NCBI GenBank assembly: GCA_963707955.1
Contig: OY970176.1
Coordinates: forward strand, 1,408,001-1,472,000
DNA: 64,000 bases
Reading direction: 5' to 3'
Source of the DNA: Candidatus Bathyarchaeota archaeon
GTDB lineage: Archaea > Thermoproteota > Bathyarchaeia > Bathyarchaeales > Bathycorpusculaceae
The translations under genes were made by a program, and so were the position numbers. Shown here in pieces: positions 29,622 to 38,472 of this stretch (within the stretch, counting starts at the first letter, position 1; the number at the start of each line of letters is the position of its first letter). The notes below the pieces were generated by a model. It searched no databases, was not told the DNA's origin, and was given only the letters and a program-made list of their open reading frames with translations.

Positions 29622-30224
29622 CTACCTTTTTTCCATCCCGATTATGTACCAATCCTCAGGATGATCATACTCAGTGTCGACTGTTAAGTGTAATATTCGG
29701 AGTTCCGGATATCTCTTTTTCAAATCATCCAAGTCAACGGTCTCAAACTTCTTCTTGTTGTTAAGATAAGCTTCTCTTGTTAAGGCATTTGACTCGTAGT
29801 TCTCTTTGGTTCTTCTCAAAATCCTTGCAATGGAAACTTCTTCAGAGCAGTGAGTCTGAAGTATGGCAAAAGCCATGTTGTACTTTGCAGCTATCGCAGC
29901 AGCCCGTCTTCGCAGTTCTTGGGTTACAAAAGTAGCATCCAATATTACGCCTCTGCCCGTCTTTACAAGATCTTCTGCTCGGCGAAACGTCTCATCATAG
30001 ACAAGCTCTCGTTTGCTCATATTTGATGCGACTTTTTCGTCAAAAATGTCCTCCTTCTTGAGAACCTCAAGTCGAATCAAATCGGTTCGAAGGATGGGGT
30101 ATCCCTTGATTCTTGAGATTTCCTCTGAGGTCTCTGTTTTCCAGGTTCCTGGGAGTCCGCATGTAATCAGTAGAGTTCTGGGCTCTAACTCAGCCTTAAC
30201 AAAGTCGGCAAAAGGCTCTCTCAA
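29622..30224 (-). CDS. AAA_33-type P-loop kinase
   Basis: CGLPGTWKT, TDLIR, VILDATF. Confidence 0.85.
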   Translation of the reverse strand: MREPFADFVKAELEPRTLLITCGLPGTWKTETSEEISRIKGYPILRTDLIRLEVLKKEDIFDEKVASNMSKRELVYDETFRRAEDLVKTGRGVILDATFVTQELRRRAAAIAAKYNMAFAILQTHCSEEVSIARILRRTKENYESNALTREAYLNNKKKFETVDLDDLKKRYPELRILHLTVDTEYDHPEDWYIIGMEKR

Positions 30225-30633
30225 CTAGACACACTCTCGCAGTCAAATCTAGACAAGGAAAAATTAAACCTTTGCGGCAAGAAACGACCTCTTTGACAAG
30301 GTCACAGCAACAAGTGAAAAGAATACATCAATTGAAGAAACCAGCGATAGAAGCTCTGAGCGAAACAGAAGCGAAAGAGTCGTGAAATCGAGTTCCTGTT
30401 AACAGGCAAAGAAACCTTAGAAAGTTAATCAACGCTTCTAAAGACAAAATATCATCTATCAAATCCATCACCAGCGAGTCATCCAAGGCGCGCGATACCA
30501 AAAACCAAGATTCTCATTAGGAGACTCAGTGAATGAAGTCAGGCTCTCCCTGGCAGTGTCCTGGATTTTCTGAGTTGCTAGGAAAAGGTGCGAGGTGCTC
30601 ACCAAGAGAATACTAATATTCTGTTGCAATAGA

Positions 30634-30936
30634 ATGACAAGCATGGACATCGTTGAGGTTAGCAAGAGAGTGTACCGATTTCAGAAAGAACGGGTTACGG
30701 AGTTGGGTGTTGAGCTAACGCCTGAGCTTGTGTTCTTTCATCTCTCGGAAGAGATTGGCGAAATAGCTCGGCAGCTGGTAAACAAAAACCTGCCAATGAG
30801 AGAGTACGAAGTAGGTAACTTGAAAGAAGAGATTGCTCAGACACTGCTGGATTTGCTTGTTCTTTCCGAGGTTTTCAACATTGATTTACCTGAGGCCCTA
30901 AACAGGAAGATAGATGAAATGACAAGAAGACAGTGA
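30634..30936 (+). CDS. MazG-like nucleotide pyrophosphohydrolase
   Basis: LSEEIGEIA...KEEIAQ (usual Asp replaced by Gln). Confidence 0.75.
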   Translation: MTSMDIVEVSKRVYRFQKERVTELGVELTPELVFFHLSEEIGEIARQLVNKNLPMREYEVGNLKEEIAQTLLDLLVLSEVFNIDLPEALNRKIDEMTRRQ

Positions 30937-31116
30937 CCCCTATTTCAAGAAGTCTCTAAGCATCGGCGCGCATGTCTGTTCCTAAGTTGCTTGTGGGTAG
31001 GGTTTCTTGTTTTGTTTAGTTCGTGGACGACGATGCGTGTTAGGATGCGTCTCTTGGAGAGACATGGCTCAGTTGCGGGGCAGAGAAGGTGGCTCTGGAA
31101 AAATGCGTGCGCCATT

Positions 31117-31160
31117 CGGGGGAGGGGGGACTTCTCTTGCTCTGACACCCCCTACCCCCG
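31117..31160. repeat. G/C-rich inverted repeat
   Basis: CGGGGGAGGGGG ... CCCCCTACCCCCG, complementary with one bulge. Confidence 0.6.
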
Positions 31161-31290
31161 GTCAACGATATGATCCAAATATGATTCAAAGCTCATGCGT
31201 ATGTCCAACTTAGCTCACCTCCGTCAGGCTTGAAAAACTAGTCTAGGAACACGCATGCGCGCTAACACGTCTTGACTTCTACGTTCGCTT

Positions 31291-32496
31291 TCAAAAGGTT
31301 TCTAAACCGTGCTCAAGCACGAGTTCATCATCAATCTGAACCGTCGCGCGAGTCATTGAGGCCCACCAGTGACGATTTCCAGTTGTCCTGTTCCTTCCTC
31401 CTTTGTCTTCGTTACCCCCGATCCCTAAAGTGAATCCGCCTAAGACCTTATCGTCCTGAGTAAAACCGTGCTTCAAACCAGGATTGAGGCCTATTCCGAA
31501 GAATCCAAACTTATCCACATCGCCTCCAGCTGAATCTAAATACTTCCTGAAGGCTTCAACTCCGACTAGCGCGGAGTACTTGCCAAGTTTACCATGCTTA
31601 AACTCCAAAGTCAATCCTTCAATCCTCTTTGCTCCTCGAACCAAGATCGGCGAGTCATAAACTACTTTTCCATCAGCACTATCCTCATCTGCAGCCGTCT
31701 CCACGAAGCCTGACGGCAGAAACTTCACGGTACCCTCAGTTGCGTCCTTCTCGCTAACTATACTGTCACCAATGATTGGTCTGCGTCCAGCTAGCCCGAA
31801 TCTGAGGTTTGTGCCAGAGGGTGTTCGAACACTCACCTCGTCGCCGTCGCGGATGATCCTGACCAGTTCAGCGGCTTTTTTTGCGATTTCGCGTTGGTCA
31901 GTGATACAACCTGCAAGCATCACTTCTCTCCATCTCGCATGATTCAAACCCCAAGCCTGCGACCATTCTTCTGTGGCCAGGCAATACTCAATTCCCAGCA
32001 TGCGAATGGAGTTTTCTTTAGCGATCTTCCGCCAGCTGTCCAAGTACTTGTTAGAATCACTGTACCAGACGTTGGCAAGTCCTCGTTTCTCAGGCGGAAT
32101 TCTGTCCCAATCAATAGGACTCTTCGGGCCCAACATGAAGATGAATGCGTCTGTGTGCTCCAGTGCAGCAGCTTGATGAGAAGGGAGGGTTTCCAAGAGT
32201 TCCTTAGGAGTTTCAACAAGAGAACGCATCCAGTAATCTTCCGTTAAAAAGGTGACAAACGGTTGTGCTCCAGATTGTCGGCAGGCAAAAGCTATGTCAA
32301 AAGCAAGATCAGTCGTATGGTCCCAACTATGGATCCAAACGTTTTCCCTCTCTTTGATACCCATGCATACCTCCACGACTTGATGCACAAGTTGTCTCAG
32401 TTCTTCCATATAATGGACAACCTCATCGTAGAGACTGAGCTTCCGCGCAGATAAGTCTTTGAAAAATGACCTTGAACGCACCGCGCTTGTTGTCAA
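31291..32496 (-). CDS. M29/leucyl aminopeptidase-like protein (start may be ATG 32409)
   Basis: TPSGTNLRF, LPSG, GIGLNP, LGIGGN; several usual metal ligands look substituted. Confidence 0.75.
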   Translation of the reverse strand: MTTSAVRSRSFFKDLSARKLSLYDEVVHYMEELRQLVHQVVEVCMGIKERENVWIHSWDHTTDLAFDIAFACRQSGAQPFVTFLTEDYWMRSLVETPKELLETLPSHQAAALEHTDAFIFMLGPKSPIDWDRIPPEKRGLANVWYSDSNKYLDSWRKIAKENSIRMLGIEYCLATEEWSQAWGLNHARWREVMLAGCITDQREIAKKAAELVRIIRDGDEVSVRTPSGTNLRFGLAGRRPIIGDSIVSEKDATEGTVKFLPSGFVETAADEDSADGKVVYDSPILVRGAKRIEGLTLEFKHGKLGKYSALVGVEAFRKYLDSAGGDVDKFGFFGIGLNPGLKHGFTQDDKVLGGFTLGIGGNEDKGGRNRTTGNRHWWASMTRATVQIDDELVLEHGLETF

Positions 32497-32639
32497 GCCG
32501 CGGACACCAGTAGCCCTCGCTTATACTTAGCGAGAGTTCGACTCTCTCGCCGCCTACTGAAGCAATTTGAACAGGACGGCTCGCGCTAGAACTTTTAGTT
32601 CTTGGATTTTCATAAATTCCAATATCCAAAAAAGAGAGT

Positions 32640-32966
32640 TCAAACTCTTTGGTTGAGTTTCTGCATTTTCTTTTCTAACGCCATTTCAATATTAACGTTC
32701 ATGCTTTTTGCGAGCAGAAGCGCTGTGATTATTACATCAGCAAATTCTTCTCGGAGACTCTTTTTGTCGTGGTTATCCAGTTTCTGTCTTCTCTGCAAGG
32801 AGTTGTACGCCAGAACCTCTTCACAGAGTTCTCCAAACTCTTCGCCTAACTTCACAGTTCTAGCAAGAATCACCTCCTCTTTATTGGACAAACTGTCATA
32901 CCTTTTTTTCAGTTTTTCATCTTCAACTTCTATGAACCTGAACAAATCATTTAGTTCCATAAACAT
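32640..32966 (-). CDS. MazG-like nucleotide pyrophosphohydrolase
   Basis: KLGEEFGELCE...EEFADV. Confidence 0.85.
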   Translation of the reverse strand: MFMELNDLFRFIEVEDEKLKKRYDSLSNKEEVILARTVKLGEEFGELCEEVLAYNSLQRRQKLDNHDKKSLREEFADVIITALLLAKSMNVNIEMALEKKMQKLNQRV

Positions 32967-32972
32967 CGGCTC

Positions 32973-33524
32973 CTAATGAGTAAGCTTCTTTGAGAGTATC
33001 CTAGGTTCTTTCCATTCTTCTCGAAGAGTGCTGTATATGCAACCGTCGAACCATTCTCCTTTGTTAAAGGCCGCTTTGCGGACTATGCCTTCTTTTACGA
33101 AGCCTGCATTTTCCAAGACTTTTTGTGAAGCTTTGTTTCTTACGTCAGTTCCTGCCTGAATCCGCACAATATCCTTGGAGAGAAACAGGTAATCTACCAT
33201 TATTTGAACGGCTTCAGAGCAGTAGCCTTTCCCCCTTTCGCTGGGAAGCATAAAATACCCGATTTCCACGTGCCTTGAGGGCTGAACGATCCAGTGGACC
33301 ATGTAACCTATTTTTGTGCCGTCTTTTTTCTCAATGATGAAGCATGTTCTTTCGGTTATCAGTGCTAACGGTGTAGGATTGTCAAACTCTCTCATCGCTT
33401 CTGTTTTCGATATCTGCTTTACAGAAACATACGCATTGGAGTCTATATCGTTCCGCAACTGCACCATGAAGTCTACGTCGTCTTTCTCTATGAGCCTCAA
33501 GTTCACGTTCCTGCCTTCAAGCAA
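32973..33524 (-). CDS. GNAT acetyltransferase, RimJ/RimL family
   Basis: EIGY, RGKGY, NKASQKVLENAGF..EG. Confidence 0.92.
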   Translation of the reverse strand: MLEGRNVNLRLIEKDDVDFMVQLRNDIDSNAYVSVKQISKTEAMREFDNPTPLALITERTCFIIEKKDGTKIGYMVHWIVQPSRHVEIGYFMLPSERGKGYCSEAVQIMVDYLFLSKDIVRIQAGTDVRNKASQKVLENAGFVKEGIVRKAAFNKGEWFDGCIYSTLREEWKEPRILSKKLTH

Positions 33525-33556
33525 TTACAGTCGCCTATCCTAGTGCTTGGCTCGGT

Positions 33557-33910
33557 TCAGTGTCGCTTAGGAATGCTTTCCTTGAGAAAGTCGATTAAAG
33601 CTTTCGGAGATAGGACATCGCTTATCAAGTTCATTATTGGGGAGTCATCTACGGCGTGCATGACGTATATCAACTTATTCTTTGCATAGGCGTATCCTAT
33701 GTCAACGGAGACACTCTTGCCAATGTAACCTTGTGGATTAACGACGTAAACGACATCTGCAGCATCGACTTTTTTCAAGCATCCCAAGATCCCGCGACTG
33801 TCCGTTTTCTTTGATATCTGAAATTGGATGTTCTCCTCTTTGAGCTCATGTTCCAATCCTTCCATCTCACGAGTGAACCTGAAACTTCCGCAAACATACA
33901 ACTTTTTCAC
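33557..33910 (-). CDS. nucleoside 2-deoxyribosyltransferase-like protein
   Basis: LYVCGSFRF, ADVVYVVNPQGYIGKSVSVDIGYAYAKNK. Confidence 0.7.
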   Translation of the reverse strand: MKKLYVCGSFRFTREMEGLEHELKEENIQFQISKKTDSRGILGCLKKVDAADVVYVVNPQGYIGKSVSVDIGYAYAKNKLIYVMHAVDDSPIMNLISDVLSPKALIDFLKESIPKRH

Positions 33911-33999
33911 AGAATCCCTTCGAACTTCGATAGTCAAACCACTATGTTTCACAAAATCTTTTGATACACCCTTTAATATTATTCTCTCTTGTGTCACAA

Positions 34000-34456
34000 A
34001 TGAACAAAGAAATGACGGTCTCGCCTGAAGAGGAGCTCAAACTAAGAAAGTCTTTCGAGTTTGGAGCCTACCTGTTGATCACCCATTATCTCGCGAAAAA
34101 CTATGGCATAAATGAACTTGAAAGGTTTGCAAGATTCTGGGCAGAAACTGGCGCTTCGGCAGACAGAAGAAACCTAGTCGCAAAATCTAAACAAGACTTT
34201 CTTGAATTTGAGGCTAAAATAGAAAAGGTATGGGTAGGAAGAAAAGTCGAGAAATTGGACATTGAGGGCTACGTCGGCGTCGTGGAGAAGTGCCCAATCA
34301 GATTGATGAGTAATCAACAACTGTGAAGATTTGCCTTCTGACTACTTCTGCGATCACATTTGCTCCATCATCTATCCTCATGCCTACAAACTGCTGGGGT
34401 TCAGGAGCAGCATCGAAAAACTAAATGAAGGTTGCCGATTGGTCATACAATGTTGA
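34000..34456 (+). pseudogene. V4R-like Cys-containing protein with a frameshift near 34315
   Basis: ...VEKCPIR continues in another frame as NCEDLPSDYFCDHIC...GCRLVIQC*. Confidence 0.6.
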
Positions 34457-34692
34457 CTGTGGTATATGAAGTTGGAAGCTCAAATGGAAGAAGTATTAAA
34501 GAATCTTCGGACAAACAATTTTGGCCCCAAATTTGCGCGCGCTCGATCTCTCGTTCGAGAAGCTATACCTAGCTACCAGAAACGAAGGTCTCAACGGGAT
34601 TTCTTGTGAGACATTTTTATAGTGTCTTGAGCAAATGATTTTCTATCGTCCTTCTCGGGCGATTTGAATGAAATCATTACAGTTGATGCGGT

Positions 34693-35541
34693 ATGAAAGA
34701 AATATCTTGGAAACATTTCGGTTATCATGTGGTGTACGATGTTGATATTTGCGATGCAATAGATTTTGCAAGTCGCCATGGTTTTGGCTACGTCGTTCCA
34801 GACCTTATGATCCCGCGGTTCTTTCCAGAGCGTTTTAGCGAATCAGAAAGGCGCCATATTCGAGACTTCGCCATGTCAAGAGGCGTGTCCATCTCATTCC
34901 ATGGACCATCTGACTACCTGAATCTTGGAACTCTTTATCCGGAGGTTAGAAAAGCTGTCCTTGATCGAATGGAACTATGCTTGGACTTTGCTCAGGACGT
35001 TGGAGCCCAAAGATTCACAGTTCACATAGACCCTCCGTACGATTTCGTTTTTGCAGGGAGAAGAGGTACCTACTTGAGGGATCACTGGTCACTGTACAAG
35101 AAGGTTGTAGCAGAAAGTCTAGCTAAACTAGTTGAATTCTCTCGTGGAAGAGTCCTGATCTGTGTTGAAAACGATCGGCTGAGTAGAATTGCCATGGACG
35201 TCTTGGAAGAACTCCTTCCGACTACAAATCTCTCCTTGTGCTGGGACATACCCAAAACTCATACAGATACAGGAAAACCGATCCGTGAAGTGGAGGATTT
35301 TTTGATAGCCCACCTGGATAAGGTTAGAGAATGCCATCTTCACGATCAAAAACCAAGGAAATATTCACATGATGTCCTTGGAGTTGGAAAAATCGATTTC
35401 TCTCGCTATCTAAAACTATTGCTGCCTAGAGATGTTCACTTCACCCTCGAAGTCCGCCCCAGGGAAGATGCTCTTAAAAGTCTGAAGATACTCAAAAACA
35501 TGCTTAAGAATCTAGGTTGGAAGATTTCCACCTCGACTTGA
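34693..35541 (+). CDS. sugar phosphate isomerase/epimerase (AP endonuclease 2 TIM barrel)
   Basis: SFHGP, CVEN, WDIPK, HLHD, HDVLGVGKIDF, LEV. Confidence 0.85.
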   Translation: MKEISWKHFGYHVVYDVDICDAIDFASRHGFGYVVPDLMIPRFFPERFSESERRHIRDFAMSRGVSISFHGPSDYLNLGTLYPEVRKAVLDRMELCLDFAQDVGAQRFTVHIDPPYDFVFAGRRGTYLRDHWSLYKKVVAESLAKLVEFSRGRVLICVENDRLSRIAMDVLEELLPTTNLSLCWDIPKTHTDTGKPIREVEDFLIAHLDKVRECHLHDQKPRKYSHDVLGVGKIDFSRYLKLLLPRDVHFTLEVRPREDALKSLKILKNMLKNLGWKISTST

Positions 35542-35684
35542 CTTTAGGATGGAGATCGCGCGCGCTTCTCTATTCTGTTAATCACTTTTTTCACCGTTAT
35601 GTTTTGCCCTCGCTTCCTTTAGTCTGCGCGCTTTTAAAGTAGTTCACGAAATTAGACGTCCGTAGGAGGGAAGAGAAACATATT

Positions 35685-36332
35685 ATGACTAAACGTGTGG
35701 TGCAATTTTTTGAAAGCGCTGGTGAAGAAAACACGAACGAAGTCATCAAGACTGTGGTGGCCAGGGCTGAAGAGGGTGATATTGGAGCCGTTATAGTTGC
35801 TTCTGTCTCGGGTAAAACCTCTGTGAAGGTTGGTGAACAACTGAAAAAGCGAGGCCTAAGAATGAAAGTCATCTGCGTTAGTGGTCCGCCATCGTGGAAG
35901 AAGTACGCCTCTGAATACAAGTTTCCTCTTATAAAAGAAGAGACGAGGAAAAAATTGGATGCATTGGGGATTCAAGTGATCAGCAATGTTGAAGAACCGT
36001 TTAAGCCGATCACGTTCAGGAACTGGTGGGAAGGGAAAACAGTTGAGATGCCCCGACCCGAGTCCGACTTGTTTTGGATGACTCTGATTTGTGTCGGTGG
36101 ACATGGTTTCAGAACAGCTGTGGAAGTGGTTTTCATGGCAGAGGAGGCTGAAGTGATAAGCGCAAGAGAGATGGTCATAAGTATTGCAGGAACAGGAACT
36201 GGTGCTGACACTGCCATAGTGATGAAGACTTCAAGGTTTGAAGACGCCGTCGGTGTTGATCCAGAGAAAAGAATGAGAATCCATGAGATTCTGGCAATGC
36301 CAAGGGAAACAACTTGGATAGGGTACGGCTGA
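35685..36332 (+). CDS. pyruvate kinase alpha/beta domain-like protein
   Basis: GEENT, VASVSGKT, AGTGTGADTA, EILAMP. Confidence 0.85.
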   Translation: MTKRVVQFFESAGEENTNEVIKTVVARAEEGDIGAVIVASVSGKTSVKVGEQLKKRGLRMKVICVSGPPSWKKYASEYKFPLIKEETRKKLDALGIQVISNVEEPFKPITFRNWWEGKTVEMPRPESDLFWMTLICVGGHGFRTAVEVVFMAEEAEVISAREMVISIAGTGTGADTAIVMKTSRFEDAVGVDPEKRMRIHEILAMPRETTWIGYG

Positions 36333-36348
36333 AAATGGGGTCATCCTT

Positions 36349-36933
36349 ATGACGGAGAAAATTGTGTTGGATTCACATGGTCGCTATTTTACCGTGAAAC
36401 CTCTGATTCTAGTCACAACACTGGGACTTAAGGGGCTTCCTAATGTAGCTCCAAAGACCCAAAACATGGATGTTGGTAGACATGAACAATACTTTGCGTT
36501 TGTCTGTACTCCTCAGCATCATACATACCAAAATGTGAAGGTGAACCAAGAGTTTGTAGTCAACTACCCCGGCCCAGAACTCATCGACAGAGTTTCTGCC
36601 GCAGCGCAACTTGCTGAAGATGTTGATGAGATAGCATTAGCAGGATTGACCAGCTTTCCTTCTATTGTTGTTAAACCTCCAAGGATCAAAGAATGCTACT
36701 TGCACTTAGAGTGCAAGCTTGTGGAGATTAAGGATCTTGAAGATGCAAGTATCATATTAGGCAAGATCGTGGCCCGTTCTGCAGATAAAGAAGCTTCCTT
36801 TGAACGTGGAAGGTCCAAAGAGAACATAAGACTCTTATCAAATCGTCCCCTCTTGGCATACGTTTATCCAGATCACTATACGAAGATCAGCGTTGCGAAC
36901 AACTTCATTTTCCCAAAGAGCTACAAGCCATAG
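36349..36933 (+). CDS. flavin reductase-like (DIM6/NTAB) protein
   Basis: NVAP, HTYQNV...EFVVN, PPRIKECYLHLECKL. Confidence 0.88.
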   Translation: MTEKIVLDSHGRYFTVKPLILVTTLGLKGLPNVAPKTQNMDVGRHEQYFAFVCTPQHHTYQNVKVNQEFVVNYPGPELIDRVSAAAQLAEDVDEIALAGLTSFPSIVVKPPRIKECYLHLECKLVEIKDLEDASIILGKIVARSADKEASFERGRSKENIRLLSNRPLLAYVYPDHYTKISVANNFIFPKSYKP

Positions 36934-37046
36934 GTTGCGCATCTGTATGAGTGGACGAACCCTACTTTCGCATTTCGAAAGAAGTTGTTTGAGAATTCCT
37001 CAGATGGCAGTGTTGGCTCTGTGCGCGTAAGGAATAGGGCCCAAAA

Positions 37047-37268
37047 ATGGAAATGCCAAAAACAGGCCAGAAACCAGTTAAAAGGATCGTAGAGAATTGT
37101 ATTGTAGTGAAAGACATGATTGATGCCAAGCCAGTAAGATGCCAAAAGTGTGGAAAACCCTTGGGTTACGTGACGCTCGTGGCAAAAGGTTTAACGTCCT
37201 TGTCACAAACGCTTCAGAACGCGAAGATAATCGCTATTTGCATGGAATGCGCTCATAGAGAAAAATGA
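37047..37268 (+). CDS. small zinc-finger protein
   Basis: CQKCGKPLGY...CMEC. Confidence 0.65.
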   Translation: MEMPKTGQKPVKRIVENCIVVKDMIDAKPVRCQKCGKPLGYVTLVAKGLTSLSQTLQNAKIIAICMECAHREK

Positions 37269-37358
37269 TACACAACCATTGCCGCTGCTGATTGCGGCTG
37301 GCGGCCTTTTCATCTTTTTCATCCTTACTTAGTCGCAGGGAAATAGACAATGTCGCGT

Positions 37359-38162
37359 TTATGTCTGTGGAGGAGGCGGAGGAGGAATAGAAAGAGCGTC
37401 ACGTGAAGTTGGGCTCTTGCTCCGTTGGATTCTTTCAGCTGTGACACCGTCAAATTCTACAGCTTTTTCCTCGCCTGTTTTTGCGTTTCTGTACAGGACT
37501 CTAAACCTTGGAGTGTAGATTACGACTCGCTCGTCAACTTCAAAGAGTTCATTGACAAGCCGATTTATGTCCCTTGGGCGGTTGACTATTTTGGATCTTA
37601 TGAAGTCTAAATCTGCATTCGAAGCGATTTCTTCCACGCCATGTTCCGCTAGTACTTCCTTGGGATTTCTCTCCGAAGGAGCGGATGGGAGTTTTTCAAG
37701 CGTGACGTCTCGCCCAAACCGGTCTAGGATAAGGGAGGCTTTGACCTCATTCCTTAACCTCTCTTCTCCTTCGAGCCTAATCAAATTAAGGTCTCTGCCA
37801 TAGGAATCCGTCGATTGTTCGGGCTCAAACTTTTGATTCAAAAGAATAACTTCCAGAACTTCCCTGTCCACTTTAACTGAGTAAACGCACTTGCGGTAGT
37901 AATCAATAGCGTATTTTCCACTGATCATCGTATAGGGTTCATAGTACTTGTCGATGGAAACGAATTGAATCTCTTCTGGTTTAGGCTTCAAGAACCCAAA
38001 CCTAGTGAACAGCTGATCCTTGAGTTTCTCCCCGGCCACCTTTATCACGGTCGGGTCAACACGAGTCTCGTAGACGATGGTCTTCCTTTCCACTATTCTC
38101 TCATTCGCAAGTACCGTTTCAGCCGACACGACTACCTTTTCATCGGACACGGTTTCAGTCAA
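37359..38162 (-). CDS. conserved hypothetical protein
   Basis: Long clean ORF; probable TTG start at 38162, as the upstream extension runs into the tRNA remnant. Confidence 0.7.
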   Translation of the reverse strand: MTETVSDEKVVVSAETVLANERIVERKTIVYETRVDPTVIKVAGEKLKDQLFTRFGFLKPKPEEIQFVSIDKYYEPYTMISGKYAIDYYRKCVYSVKVDREVLEVILLNQKFEPEQSTDSYGRDLNLIRLEGEERLRNEVKASLILDRFGRDVTLEKLPSAPSERNPKEVLAEHGVEEIASNADLDFIRSKIVNRPRDINRLVNELFEVDERVVIYTPRFRVLYRNAKTGEEKAVEFDGVTAERIQRSKSPTSRDALSIPPPPPPQT

Positions 38163-38269
38163 GATTGAACCCACAAACACGTTCTTTGTTATGAATCTAA
38201 TATGGGTTATGAACCAGAAAAATGAATCACTGCTAAACATGTTACAACCCTCACCGCAGCACGAGCTAA

Positions 38270-38324
38270 TGACGTCGGGGAAGGAACTCGAACCTTGCAA
38301 GTCAAAGGCTCATTGCCTTGCTTG
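38270..38324 (-). repeat. degenerate copy of the 3' half of tRNA-Ser (att-like remnant)
   Basis: TGACGTCGGGGAAGGAACTCGAACCTTGCAAGTCAAAGGCTCATTGCCT aligns with TGGCGCCGGGGAAGGGACTCGAACCCCTGCGAGCCCGAAGGCCCACTGGCT at 42369. Confidence 0.8.
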
Positions 38325-38472
38325 GCCTCCGTTCTTCAAGTTGATTGTTTTCAGAGCTCAAGCGAGCGCTCCAAGTTGTCTGTTGCGCAAGAGCTTCGAA
38401 GATCTAGGAAGGTTTAATATGAATCTCCTTCATCTGCCTATGAAAACGTGACCAGCCGAGAAGGAGACGGCT

